Shown here in pieces: positions 11,158 through 24,540 of a stretch of DNA of 64,000 nt (position 1 is its first letter; every line of letters begins with the position of its first letter). The stretch covers positions 2,666,001 through 2,730,000 of the forward strand of contig OX337241.1 of the NCBI GenBank assembly GCA_946965045.2, in the 5' to 3' direction. Position numbers and translations under genes: made by a program. Origin of the DNA: Epithemia pelagica (lineage: Eukaryota; Protista; Bacillariophyta). The notes beneath the pieces were generated by a model. That model saw only the letters and a program-made list of their open reading frames with translations, was not told the DNA's origin and did not search any database.

Positions 11158-12661
11158 ATGGCAATGGACCAGCGCAATTCGCACGACCAGGACGACGATT
11201 CTGCCGTAACCAACAACCACAAGAGTCTGGAATCGACAATTACGTCCAGTTGCAACGACTACGACGACAAGAAAACCATGATTGTGTTGGACGATGCACC
11301 CAAACGATTAGATGTCTTGTGTGGACGTGGAGGCTTGTCGGTACGTGCGGCTCGTGTTCCAACCATGTTTGTATTCGTATTTGTTGTACCCCGACTTCTC
11401 ACCGAATCCATCGGGCTGCTGTTGGTTTGGTTTCACTCAGAACTCGCATCCGGGCAATGAATAGTACCGGTACGTGACAACACAAACAACGAGCCAAACG
11501 CAAAAGGCAAGAGCAACATAAGGATGGAATGACCACTCACCCACTTGTTGTTGTTCTTCTTCCAAAACTACCCTTGCTATTTGCTATACTATTATTACGA
11601 TTCCTCCAGACACATGATTGCCAAAAATCGTCACTTGTATCACTCGTGTCCCAAACATACCAAATTGTTGGTGAGCAAAACGGTGGTCAAGGCGGTGCAA
11701 ACACAGGGGGGTCGATTTGTCGATCGCGATCGTGCGACGGGGCAATGGTATTTGGTGTCCATGGATCGCCGCGGCCAAAACGTCGCAATGTTTGCGGGAA
11801 CGCAATGACAATGGCAGCCGCCGTTACAAACAAAAGAACCGTCCAGACGACCACAACGACGACGACCAGGAAGAATCCTCCTCCTCTTTTGGCAGGACCC
11901 GAATCCGTCCACCACCCACCTCCTACAATGCCGGAGGCTTGGTGGATTTGGCCAATCAGGCCGTGGCCCTGTTGGAATAAGAACAAGACGAAACGAATAG
12001 TGATCATGATGATTCATCAGCACCACAAGAACCAGCAACGTCTCCAACCACAACGAGACCACTCCCCGAAACCGAGCCGGTTTCGGCCATTACCACCACT
12101 CCCTATTTTGCCATTCTGGCCGCCACCCGCAATTCCATGCCTTCCAAGTCGCCCTTGGGATTCGAATCAGAGGAAGAGGAGGATCAAACAGCTCCTTCTC
12201 CTTCTCCGCCACCTCCTTCACCTCAAGTCCCAGCGCATGCGCATGGATCTTCTCCTCCTCCTCCTGTTGTGGCACCACCAACCACCACCCAATCGGTGCA
12301 ACATTCGGTACTCCCACCCATTCTTCCTGGTCGCCATGGGTTTCTTCTGGCACGGCAACAACAACCGCAACAACACTTTTGGCTAGAGCAGAACCAGTCC
12401 CCAACTCCTGTAGCACCCGCACAGGAGGATGACTACTACCACTATTACAAACGACAACATCAACATCAACAACAACAACAACAACACTTGGCCTTGTTGG
12501 CCTTGGCACAACAACAACAAGAACGACAGGTCACGAGCACCAGACTTGCGGCAGGTTGCAACTTTCGGGACTCGAGAAATACACGACCGGTTGCGCTACC
12601 TTTGCTAGGTACTCTACTCTCTACTTCTCAGTCTATGGAGAGTAAAGCTAGAGCGGAGTAG
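11158..12661 (+). pseudogene. DUF6824-domain pseudogene; exons 11158-11340, 11441-11469, 11610-12661
   Basis: The spliced sequence reads DVLCGRGGLS|NSHPGNE*YR|...GGRFV...W...AAKTSQCLRE. Lesions: in-frame TAG 11462-11464, a frameshift at ~11767-11775 and TAA 11978-11980. Both GT-AG introns are intact. Confidence 0.85.
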
Positions 12662-12920
12662 CTAACTCTAGCTAGAGAGAAAGAGAAAAGCTCAGCAAAT
12701 CTCTCTACGAAATTCATTGCAATGTTATTGCACCAATTCCAATAGTTCTTGAAAAAACATACTCCTACTCTAACCATATCATATGCTCAGAGGAGAGAGA
12801 GATATGGCTGGACATTGAGGGAAACTGGTGACATTTGGAAAGGAGTTGACGAGGCGGCGAGTTGTTCCAAACAAGGAGTTCGGATCTTCCACTTTTACTA
12901 TGAAAACTCCTCGATCAAGA

Positions 12921-13090
12921 TAGCTGTTCCAACTTCCAACATGTTCATCCATTGGTTATTGGTTTGACTTTGACCGAATCCACTATAGTTCAGATCTTCC
13001 GCTTTTACCTGTACGAAGACTTGCCGTCTTGGCACGATCAATATTGCTGTTCCAACATGTTCATCCATTGGTTTGCCTTTGAATCCACTA
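12921..13090. repeat. Short degenerate direct repeat (two copies)
   Basis: gctgttccaac..atgttcatccattggtt..gaatccacta occurs at ~12922 and ~13046. Confidence 0.6.
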
Positions 13091-13772
13091 CGTGAATGAG
13101 CTACCTCTAGGACCAAGGACATCACTCCATTCTCCATCCTCGATCCTCGCAGTCGTGTGAGAAGGGCGAATATCCGTGGGTAGTGCTGCGCGCCAAGCGC
13201 CGAACCAAAACCACCAAACGCATGACATTGACATGCTGTCGAGTTACCCCCAAGCGCCGGGTGAGTTTGAATCCCGCCTGAGTCGGAGAAAATATGCATA
13301 CGAAAGCCCTTTTTAAGTGCGACTCAATACTCGCCCGGCGCTTGGGGGTAGCTGTCGAGTGACGGTCGCAAGACCGTCGTTCTATCTCATTGCGAACCAG
13401 CTTCTTTCCGATCGGCGATCGAATTATGTTCCCGATTGTTCGTAGAGACCTCACGACTTATTCCTGTCACTTCCTGTACATTCCCTTCTGGCTTGGATTC
13501 GATTCTTTCCTACAGGAAATAGACAATATCTTGTTGCCGTCTGTAGTTTTGAACCCTCACTTGTAATGTAGAAAGTTCTAGGGAGTGCCACGAATGACGT
13601 AGTCGGGATAATTATTTTTTCATGTCCATTGTCGATGGTCGATCTCCACACAAAAAAGAGAGAGGACAATCAACAATATTTCGATTGGATTACAGTATTG
13701 TTAACGCGAACAGGGAGAAGACAAGGACCAGTGGTTTGTTTCTGAGTTGGTTGAGAAAAGAAAACAAGGACG

Positions 13773-16700
13773 ATGCGCTGCTGCTGCTGCACCCGCGCAT
13801 TTCGCGCCTTGATGCGTCGTAACGGCATCTACCGTGCTCGAAATCCCATTGGAACCGTAAGATCCGTCGAATTCGTATCGATTGCAGTCATTGCTTCCGC
13901 GACATTTTTCTAACTTTTGGTTTCTTCACCGTGATGCTAGTTCTTGGAGTTTGCACTACCAGTTGGGTTCGTAGCCATTTTGTTGCTCATTAAGAATTCA
14001 GTGGACAGTTCTGGAGCCGACACGGTGCCACCTCTTTATCCTGCCAACAGCAGAGCTTTTCGACCTTTGAGTTTCCAAGATTACCTAACGGCAGTTCGCG
14101 CGGAAAAAGTATGTGAAGAACAGGGTGTTGAAGACGGGGAACGCGAGCTTGGTATCAGTGGTATGGCCAATCAAGGCTCTAACTGGATGGTGCCCATGGT
14201 CAAATGTGACAGTCGTAAATGCGATGAGGCAGGCCAGGATGCTTCTACCTTTTGTGAATATTCCATTATTGCTGTGGCTGGCTCCAATGCAAATGGCCTC
14301 GAGCGCGCTCAGGATTTTCGCGGCTGGATGGTCGACCGCTACCCAGAACTTTTGACGGATATGCCCTTTGACTTTGATCCCATCAGAGTGTTTGACACTT
14401 CTCAGGATATTGACGCATATGTTCGACGAAATGATTATGGAGAGTCTGGAGTTCCAAAGGTTATGATTGGAGTTGTTTGGGAAAGCAACAACGAAAATAA
14501 CTACGACTACCGCATCCGTTTGAATCAGACCAATTTCAACAACCCTCCTGATGAAGCACGTCCTGGAGCGAAGACTGCAGCATACACTGACACCGTTCTG
14601 GATAGCTTTGCCAATGATGATTTCTCGGTGTGTACAGGCGATGAGGATGGTCTGCCCGATCAAGGTCCACTTGAGGATTCTTGTACTGGAAAATACCTCT
14701 ACAATGGTGTTTTGACAATCCAGCGAGTTGTTGGTGATTACATCCTTGATCGAACCGGTGCTGTGGACGCAGGATACGCTGTTTCGGAGAATGGCGTTCA
14801 GTTTGTTCAGTTTCCGACAAAATCTTACGAAGAGGAAGGGTTCTACGGTGATCTTGGGGACTACGGTCCGATCTTGGTCGCCCTTGGACTCCTTTATCCC
14901 GTTGCAACCATGATTGGCTTCATCACGCGGGAAAAAGAACTGCGTCAAAAGGAGCTTATGAAGATGATGAGTGTTACAGAGGCTGAAATGTAAGTCCCGT
15001 CTGGACAAAAGGTGATGTTATTTTGTGTCTCGTTTCCCTAACACTATGCCTCTGTTACCTCAGTGGTTGGTCATGGTTCACAAGTTTTTTTGCGTTACAC
15101 TTTGTCAATGCAGTTTTGTGTACCATCGTATCTACTTCTCTTTACACAAATTCTGAAGGTTCCTATCTTTTCCAGTATTGGCTTTTTACCTTCTGGGCTG
15201 TCATCAACTTTTGTTCGGCGATTGCGGCGTTCACGTCGAGGACAACAGTGGCGGTGTTTGTGGGTATCTTGTTCTTTATTGCAGGAGTCTTCCTGCCCGC
15301 TGTATACGATTACCAAGATGGAGACGAGGGTATGATCGCTCTGATTAGTTTGCACCCTGTGGCTGCATTTGGTTTTGGGATGCAAGAGATTGGGTTTCTG
15401 GAGGATCGTGGCGTTGGTGTTATTGAAAGTACATGGGACAACAGTGATCATCAGTCCGGTTACTCTTTCCAAAATACCCTGAATTCACTCGTCACGTGTA
15501 TCATTCTGTGGGGTCTTCTGAGTGCCTACCTGAACCGAGTTATCAAACAAGATTACGGGCAGGCGTTGCCATGGTACTTTCCTTTCTCTGCTTCGTATTG
15601 GTGTCCATCTGTGGCCACTAACACGGAGGAGGTTACGGACGACCCAGATGATGACCCCGATGTTCCATACGAACCTGTTTCGGATAATCTGAAGCGTCAA
15701 CGAGAGGAGGGCAAAAGTATTGAAATAAGAAACTTGCACAAAACTTTCGGTGAAAAGTCCGCTGTGAATGGTTTGTCTCTCTCTATGTACTCCAACCAAA
15801 TTACTTGTCTCTTGGGTCACAATGGTGCGGTACGTTTGGTTCGGGATCGGGGATGGAAGCTCTTGATCGGTCATTTGGATTGTTGGTCTTACTAACATGA
15901 TTGCTTTGTCCGAATGTTGTGCAGGGTAAGACAACTACAATCAATATTCTTACCGGTGCACTGGTCCCTACCAGTGGGACCGTCCTTGTAGCTGGCAAAA
16001 ACGTAAAGACGCAACTCCCAGATATCCGTCAAGATTTGGGTATTTGTCTTCAGCATGATTGCCTCTTCCCCCTGGTAAGCGATCCATCAATACCAATTTC
16101 ACGTGTGACCTTTGCTCGTGAGACTCACACTTGTTTCATCAGTTGACTGTCCGGGAACACGTGCAGTTCTTTTCTCGAATTAAAGGCCTTTATCAAAGCC
16201 ATTCGTACGAAGAGGCAGAGGAGTTGGTTGACCAAGCCATTCGTGATGTTGCTCTACTTGAAAAGCGGAATTCTCTCTCCAAGAACTTGAGCGGTGGAAT
16301 GAAGCGTAAACTGAGTGTCGCCATCGCTTTCTGCGGTGGAAGTCAGGTTGTGATGCTTGATGAGGTAAGCAATCATGATCTGTTGTAATTCCCCAGTTGT
16401 GTCATGTTCTCATAGTTTTGCCCCAGCCAACGAGTGGGATGGATCCTTTCAGTCGTCGATTCACGTGGAATGTGATCCGGTACGTGTCGAGACAAAGTGT
16501 CGTTAATTCGAGAAATACACCGTTCTAACCAACTCGACATGGCATACAGACAATATCGCAAAGATCGGTGCATTATTCTAACTACTCACTTGTAAGTTGA
16601 AATCGTGATTGCGATGGTTTGAGGCAAGTTCACGTCCTGAGTTTCTAATTCAATACCTTTTTAACAGCATGGATGAGGCCGATATTCTCGGAGACACAAT

Positions 16701-19700
16701 CGCTATTATGTCGGAGGGGGAACTGCGTTGCTGCGGTAGTTCGCTTTTCTTGAAGAAGACTTATGGAGTGGGATATCAACTCACAATCGAACGGACAAAT
16801 AATGAAGAAAGCGTTGACGATCTGAAAGATCTCGTGACAACCAACGTTCCAGAAGCTTCACTTCTGAGTGACGTCGGAACCGAGCTCAGTTTCCAGTTGC
16901 CCATAGGAGCATCAGAGAATTTCAAACCAATCTTCGAGGGCTTAGATTCTGAGATTGAGTCCGGGACCGTGTCGTCATATGGAGTGTCCATCACAACACT
17001 TGATGGTGAGTTTTAAAAGAGTGGAGATAAGCGCCTTCATGTCCTCTCTTCTCTCTCCCGGTTCCCTAACATCTTTGGAATAGAGGTTTTTCTACTTGTT
17101 GCTCGTGGTGGCCAGACGGCAACCAGCAAGAGAGAATACAACTCCAGCATTCGCCAAAGTGGCGAGCCTATGAACACAGAATACGATGCTGATAAGAGTT
17201 CCCGGTCTAAGATGGACTTGGACAATGATGGCTTGTTCAACACTCATCTCATTGCTCTTTTCAAGAAGCGGGCTGCATACTTTCGACGTGACAAGAAGGC
17301 CTGGGTGAGTATAGGCGTTGAGTGAAACTGAAAAGCATGCATCTCTTTCTCATTTTATTTTTCACAGTGCTGTACAACACTCGTTCCTAGCATATGTGCA
17401 TTGTTCGGATTCATCATTTACGCACTCACGGGAGGCGACAACAATTATGAAGCTATCACTCTCTCACTTTCTTCTTTCAACAAGGGTGTCGAAGACGGTC
17501 CAAGAAACCCTGTTGTTTTCAACGAACCTTCAGACACCTTCACATGTCAACCAGGCGAGTGTGCCTATCAAGTGCCGACCACTGTGGTGAATTCGACTAG
17601 TGAGCAATATTTCTTCTGTGGATATCAAGCAAGAGTAGTTGGGAACTGTTCGGTTGATAATTCTTCTGACTTCATCGAATTTATTGGGGGCGATCTTGCG
17701 ACGCCCGAACCTGCACAAGTTTCCAACATTTTTGAGTCCTCCCTGGCCTTGAACGCAAGCAGGAATGATTACATCGCGTCGCAATACGGTGCTGTTTGGT
17801 TTTCCCATGAGGTCAACAGTATCCTCAATGATGGTTCTCTGTACGGTAATACGACTGTCGAGGAATGTCTTTCAAATCCTGGAAACTACACCAGCGAAGC
17901 TGTCTGTCAAAGGTTTGGGGGAATCGGATACACCATTCAGTATAATTTTACCGCTCTCCATGCCTCCCCGTTGTTCCAAGGTTTAGCCGATGAGGCTTTG
18001 GTTAGAAGTTCTCTAGGCTCCGACGATTTCGTGGCTACTGTTACAATTGACCCGTTGCCGATCACTGTTAAAGAGAGTGGTTTTGCGGAAGCCGAATCAT
18101 TAACTGCCTTGTGGATGCTCATGGTGGTAAGCTTCCCATTTATTGGCGGAGCATATGCCAGGTAAGCGTGTTTGTCCCTCGCATTGTTCCTTTAACTTCA
18201 TCTCACATGCTGCCTGATTCGCAGTTTTGTTGTTGCCGAGCGTGAATCCAAAGCAAAGCATTTGCAGACAGTTGCTGGGGTTAAGGCATCAGTGTATTGG
18301 CTTTCGACACTTTTGTGGGACACCCTGAATTATCAGTTGCCTTGTTGGTTGACAGTCGCTTTTATGTATGCGTTTGACGTTTCCAGCTTGGCGACAACTG
18401 ATCGTCAAGCGGCGTCTGGAGTTATTGTGCTCCTTGTCGTTTATGGGCCTGCTGCCGCCGCATTCAGCTACTGTGTTTCTTTTGGATTCAAGTCGCCATC
18501 TCTATGTGCTCTTGTCCTCATCGTCTCCGGGTTTCTGATCGCCCTCGGTGGACCGATCACAATCTTCATTCTGGAGATTCTTGCAAGAGACGACCCAAAT
18601 GACCCAAGAGATAACTTGCTCACTGCAGCTGACGTAATCGCTTGGATTCTTCGGATCTTTTTCCCCACTTTCAATCTGGGAAAGGGCCTGTTATACATCA
18701 TCAATGTCGAAAGTTTCGAATACCTGGAAGGCAAAGACCTCACTGCGTGGGACCCTGAAATCTTGCTCCTGGAGGTCATTTTTCTCGTTATACAGACGTT
18801 TGCATACATGCTTCTGGCGCTCCAACTTGATGTATGGAGCAGTAGCCCCAAGGCCGTATCAATTTGGCAGGGTTTTCTCCGCGTTGTTTCATGTAGCTGG
18901 GCGTTTAAGAAGCAGAAAGAAGAAGTCGACATTACAACTGCGCTTCCGGATGACAGTGACGTGATCGCCGAACAAGATCGTGTGCTGGCTGGTGAAGCTA
19001 ACAACGACTTGATTGTTATCAGTGAACTTACTAAGGTGTACGACAACCAAAAGGTAGCCGTGAACAACATGTCTTTGGGAATCCCGCCAGGTATGACATT
19101 CGGTCTTCTCGGGATCAATGGTGCCGGCAAGACTACAACGATGGGCATGGTAAGTCTTTGTTTCCAGTTTCGGTTTTGGAACAGGGTAGTAGTGAAACGC
19201 TCACTTGTTTTTTATTGTTTCAGTTGACAGCAGAGTTTCCACCCACCAGTGGGGACGCAACGCTCGCTGGATATAGCGTCACGATGGAACCTGAGAAGAC
19301 CCGCCGACGCATTGGTTATTGTCCTCAGTTCGATGCTCATTTTGCCAACCTGACTGGTCGGGAACATGTAGAGCTGTATGCCTCGGTAAAGGGAGTTCCA
19401 AAGCAGTTTGTGTCCGAAGCTGCGGCTTCCAAGCTGAAGGAAGTGGGTCTCAGTGAAGAAGATTCAAACCGTTTGGCTGTGGGCTACAGTGGAGGAATGA
19501 AGCGCCGTCTTTCTTTGGCCTGTGCTACCATTGGACAACCTCAGATTGTCTTTTTGGATGAGTGTTCGACGGGTAAGTTTGTATATGTGACGTGTTTGTG
19601 TTGATATCTGCAGTATAGTGGTCCCTCACCTCAATTTTGAAAATACAGGTGTGGACCCAGTAGCTCGACGTGAAATCTGGCAGTTGATCAGTGATATGGT

Positions 19701-20558
19701 TTCGGGTGGTAATGTACCTGAAGAGGAGCGGACCAGTGTTATTCTCACGACTCATTCGTAAGTTTGGAGGATGGTTCTCTGTTGGACTTGATTTTATGCC
19801 ATCTCAAATATTTTGTCTCGATCTGCGACAGTATGGAAGAATGTGAGGCCCTCTGCCCGCGTATTGGAATCATGGCCAATGGTCGGCTTCGTTGTTTGGG
19901 ATCTGCCCAGCATTTGAAAAACAAGTTTGGCCAAGGATTCCAGTTGGAACTTAAAGTCAAGCTCGTGGAAAGAGAGGATGAAGACTTTCTTCGCATCCGC
20001 TCGGAGTTGGCATCCTTCAAAGGAAGCGTTGTCAATGACGTTCACAACGACGAAGAAGACGCCAATGACGGTGAAGAGCATGTGGAACGCGATGAAGGAA
20101 TGGAAGCTGGCGTGTCGAAAGACGAGGACGAAATTTATTTCAACTTGTCCGAAGTCCATGCCGCCTTGGATGCGATATCTGGAGACGACTCGATTTCTGC
20201 CTTGGTGGAGGAGAGTAATCCCGTGGGATACGGTATTTGGAAGAATACCGTTCAAGGGATGCAAGAGTTGGACGAATTGGCCGTCTTTTGTGCCAGTGAA
20301 CTTCGCATGCGTCGTGTGGAACAGGCTATCACCGAAGAGTATCCCAGTTCGTTGCTTCGGGAACGTCAAGACAACAAGACCCGATACGAAATCTCCTCAG
20401 AAGGCGTGCGCATTTCCAGTATCTTTGCGTTTGTTGAAGAGAACAAGGAGGATCTTCTCTTGTCCGACTATGGCGTGAGTCAAACCAGTTTAGAGCAGGT
20501 GTTTAACTTACACGCCTCCGAAGCCGAAAAATTGAAGCAGGGACGAAACGATGGTTAG
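13773..20558 (+). CDS. ABCA: Full-size ABCA-family transporter, 14 exons, 1942 aa
   Basis: Exons 13773-13856, 13941-14989, 15064-15829, 15925-16074, 16143-16364, 16427-16479, 16550-16591, 16668-17005, 17084-17304, 17368-18161, 18225-19149, 19224-19572, 19649-19757, 19832-20558 join in frame (5829 nt, all GT-AG). Two NBDs: GHNGA|GKTT with LSGGMKRKL and LDE|PTSGMD; GINGAGKTT with YSGGMKRRL. Confidence 0.93.
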
Positions 20559-20813
20559 ATGGCATGCTCAATCCAACGTGTCCCAGATTTTAGAAAGAAG
20601 TGTTCATGAACCAGTGTCCCCAAAGAAATGGAAAATGATTGTCGAACAAGATTCGCACCGATATTATCTACATAGTCTCGATTATATTTCTTTCACGTTA
20701 TGTATTCGACGTTCTCCACGGAAGAAATGGCTCTTGAGGGACAGGCCCACAGGAGTAGGTAGAGGGTAGGCCGAACAGGGAATGGATCGTGCATCCGATC
20801 GCGCAATAAATGA

Positions 20814-21233
20814 GTGACAAATCCTTTCCCTACACCCACACAATTGGCAACGGCTGCCTTGGCCATGACCGACTCCGAATTGGCGTTGTTGGAAGAAACG
20901 AGCCGGGCCTTGCAGCAGCAGCAGCAGCCGTGGAGGAATCACCACCAGAACCATTCCAAGCGGACCCGTGCGGCTGTAGAGGTACACCCGCAGCATCCGA
21001 CACCCCCGTCGCATCCTCATGCGACTGCTGCTACTACCGCAGTGGTGCCCACCCATTTGGGATATGGTTCCACGAGCCTCCTACACCCACCGAGGACCAT
21101 GGCACCTCTTTGTTCGGTTCCTTCCCCCGCTGCCAAACGACTCCGGACCTCTCTGGTTGTGCCAACCATGACGACACTCACGACGACGACCAGTCTCCAT
21201 CTAGGGGACCTGCATATTCACTCGTCTAGCTGA
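20814..21233 (+). CDS. Hypothetical 139-aa low-complexity protein
   Basis: ATG-initiated, poly-Q, His/Pro/Thr-rich, with an AAKRLR basic patch. Composition is similar to neighbouring genes; no domain. Confidence 0.4.
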   Translation: MTNPFPTPTQLATAALAMTDSELALLEETSRALQQQQQPWRNHHQNHSKRTRAAVEVHPQHPTPPSHPHATAATTAVVPTHLGYGSTSLLHPPRTMAPLCSVPSPAAKRLRTSLVVPTMTTLTTTTSLHLGDLHIHSSS

Positions 21234-21710
21234 GATTGGGAGTGGTTCTCTGGAATGAAGGAAGGAATCCATCCATCTTAGATTAGAGTAACGAGTGGAT
21301 AACACACGAAAATATGGGGGAACAGGAAGCACTACTGGTTTCAAGTAGGCACTCGTGGCTCGAGAACAGTCTGAAACGTCCACACTGGTAAACCTCGGTA
21401 CACGTCTCCTCTCTACTAGAACAAAATGTGGAACGGTTCCTTCACTGGAGTAGCTCGAGTCCCATCGACTGGAGTGTTGCTGCAGCTCCGCAAACGAATA
21501 CTCAAAAAGCAACTCTAGACCTGTGCGTACCCACAAACAATCAAAACCCACTCGCCATGATATGCTGTAGGCTTTAGTATTATTTTAGAGGAATTTGGAG
21601 CGGAGCGGTTCATCATGGTCGATATGCATCTTGCAGACTCGGTTCAATCTGCTTCTCTATATAGGATTACTACGGTAGTAAGACTACTTCACGGTGTTTC
21701 AGTCCTTTAG

Positions 21711-21832
21711 AGGAGGGTCGCCCGGCGCGGAGGGTATAATGACGAGGAGGGCATATGTTCGAGGAGGGCGCATGCCCGACAAGACATATGCCCGTCGAGT
21801 CATTCTCCCGACAAGCCGGGCGCCCGACGAGG
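21711..21832. repeat. Imperfect GC-rich hairpin built from short modules
   Basis: Inverted pairs cgcccggc/gccgggcg, aatgac/gtcatt and gggcatatgt/acatatgccc; GAGGAGGG x3 and CCCGAC(A/G)AG x3. Confidence 0.55.
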
Positions 21833-22372
21833 AAGGAGTGAGAAAACACAGGGGAGTAATCTGCTTACTTTATATCTAGATGTGTAGGTAGTGACTACCG
21901 CCCGGTTTTATTACGAGTTGGGATGTCGCGACGACATAGTTTTCCTTACACGGCTCAACCATGATGTCGCGCGAATCGCACGATTACTACTTCCCGGCTC
22001 TACAATAAAATTCTACTGTAAAATAAAAATGTGAGACGAACTAGCTGCATAGCTAGGTATAGAGTTAGATATCGCTATTGCGGAGGAGTAAGGTAGATGA
22101 GGTAGCAGAAGGAGGCCTTTTACTCCGAAGAGAGAGAGTCACCGGTTCTTTGTTATCCAGGATTGCTCACAAGTGGACTACCCACACTGAGTAGTGGTCT
22201 AAACAAATCGCGCAACCACGTATGAAATGTGACTGCGAAACACCGACTGTGACTCCGCGATTCCACCCAATTCACACTTTCCCCACTTTTTGCGAATAAA
22301 AGACCTGTCGAACGACGAAAAGCCAACAAACCTCTAGTGAAGAAGCGAAACCGCTATTGGTAATGACAAACC

Positions 22373-23912
22373 ATGTCGGCTAGAAGAGAATCATCTACTA
22401 GAAACAGGATCGATGAACCAAATGAAATGGTATGTGTGCGCTTGTCTGCTTGTTCCCTGCTGTGCCTAATACAGATACAAATGGCATCTAAATCGTCTTT
22501 TTCCTCCTACCCAAAACATGTCTAGGATGTGCTATGTGGTAGAGGTGGACTTTCAGTGAGTAACCATGATTGTTGGCGGGAGATTTGAGGATAGGAGTTG
22601 CATTGGGTCATTCTGTATGAGAAGCTTGTTCTCCTCAACCACTGTGTTGTGTTGAATTCGCGTTGACGTGTGGTTCTTTGATTCAGAATTTTCATCCAGG
22701 GAATGAATGGTACAGGTAAGTTGCGGCTTCTTCCGTTCCCATTGATGCACTGCTGGTAATTACCTCAATCATATGTGACCCCATTGTTGATTGTTTGCCA
22801 TCGATGGATTCTTTTGCTGTAATGACTTCGATATGGTTCCATCACACATTACGACAAACTGATGTTCTGTGTTGTGTTTGACGCGGATTGTTAGGCGCTT
22901 GATTCGTGCCAATCGGTCCTTGTACCAAAACAGTCCCCATCATCAGAAAGCCAAGGTAGTGAAGGCAGTTGTTCAAGCTGTCCATGAAAATGGTGGCCGA
23001 TTTTTGGAAAAGCCAATTCAACCCAAAGCTTGTTCCGTATCCGAACCGCAAAACAAGAAAATTGGTGCACGCACTGACACTTCTGATACAGGTTGGTACC
23101 AAGTGTCCTTTCAACGTGCCCTCACAAAGACAGCACAAGCTCTACGTGAACGGGAACGAAGTGTTACTAAGCCTCCTGCCGTTGCCATGGCACTGTCCAA
23201 CAACACTGTTTTTGGAGCAGGAATGCCGTTGGTTGTTCACCAGGATTTGCCTTCCAGTAGCAACACCGGCAGTAGCACCAACCAAACCTCTTTTCACCAT
23301 CAACCAGACTCGGTACCGAGTTGTTCGCAGCACACCCCTGGAACCATACACAGCCATTTTCTGAAACCCGAAAGTGCTATGACACAATCATCCATGTCCA
23401 ATAGTACGATGAACCCGAGTAATGCACGCGACCGTGCGCTGTGCACCCGAAATCCAACAAGAGAATTGGATTCCACCTGTTCTTTGCCGAACAGTCATGC
23501 ATCGTGCATACAAGCGACCCCGTTTTTACAACAGCAGGAAGAAGAACAAAATACTACACATTTAGCAGCGCAATCTTTATCCTGGGGTAACCAATCAACC
23601 ACGGTGCACCCATCCAAATATTCTTGCAGACCTTCCCAGTCTATCGGTTGGGAAGAAGCATCACCAATGTGTACAGGAGGGGATATCACCAAGCCGATCG
23701 ACGAACTCAATCACTTCTCCGAGGAAAACAAGGACAGTCACATGCCACTCCTAGGGTCGTCATTGTCTTTGTGCAATCAAGCAGCATCAAGCCCTTTTGG
23801 TCCGAATGACAATGATCCAGAGAATGATTCGTTCGCACTGCTGGCGGATGATGCGAGTACACCTAGACCGCCTCGCTTGAAGCGTCAGAATCATCATTTT
23901 GTTTCTGAATGA
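22373..23912 (+). CDS. DUF6824-domain protein, 377 aa; exons 22373-22429, 22526-22555, 22687-22715, 22895-23912
   Basis: The spliced product reads IDEPNEM|DVLCGRGGLS|NFHPGNEWYR|RLIRANRSLY...GGRFL...WYQV...KTAQALRE. 1134 nt in frame, GT-AG introns. Confidence 0.9.
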
Positions 23913-24540
23913 TTTCATTCTAAAAACAGTTTCATTCTCCACGACAGGCTGTTGAGGTTGCCTGTGCGAATGAATGTTCTACCGCTTGGTAGAAAGTAAC
24001 CTTTTGGATGCTGTCCAAAATAGAGAGTAACCGAATAAAACTTCATTATGATCATGTCATCAAAGGACCTCTTGTCCCCTTGTACTTCTCCGATCCTGAA
24101 TCGCGACGAATGGATTGTACAAAGTGCCGACTAGGCGGGCAACACAAGAAGGATTCTCTTGTGGTTGATCTCTCACATAGTTGTAACAATCTCGCGGAAG
24201 GAGAAGCCCATGTTGTTGCTGTTGTTGTTGGAGTGGTAGACAACAGGAATGGGACAAGGAGTCAAGAGTAACGCCAGATACACTTGTACCCATACGAGCT
24301 ACTTTTCTAGGTAGTACCCAAACGAGCCACAGCGCTTGCCAGTGCCATCTCGTGTGCTTTCCCCTGTGGCCTCGTCTTGGCCCATGTGATCGTCTTGAAA
24401 GTCATTGTCCTTCCCATGCTTGTTACCCCGCACGACCATGCACTACTGTCCGTTACAACGAAACGATTGGTTTGGTTTGAAAGGCTCCTCTCCCAACCAA
24501 CACATACACACACACACACACTTCTCTGTGTTTCTTAACT

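Noticed and set aside
11462-11464. Stop-codon read-through or recoding at the TAG in the DUF6824 micro-exon
   Set aside because: The same gene also has a frameshift and a second stop, and the paralogue has TGG, so pseudogenisation is simpler.
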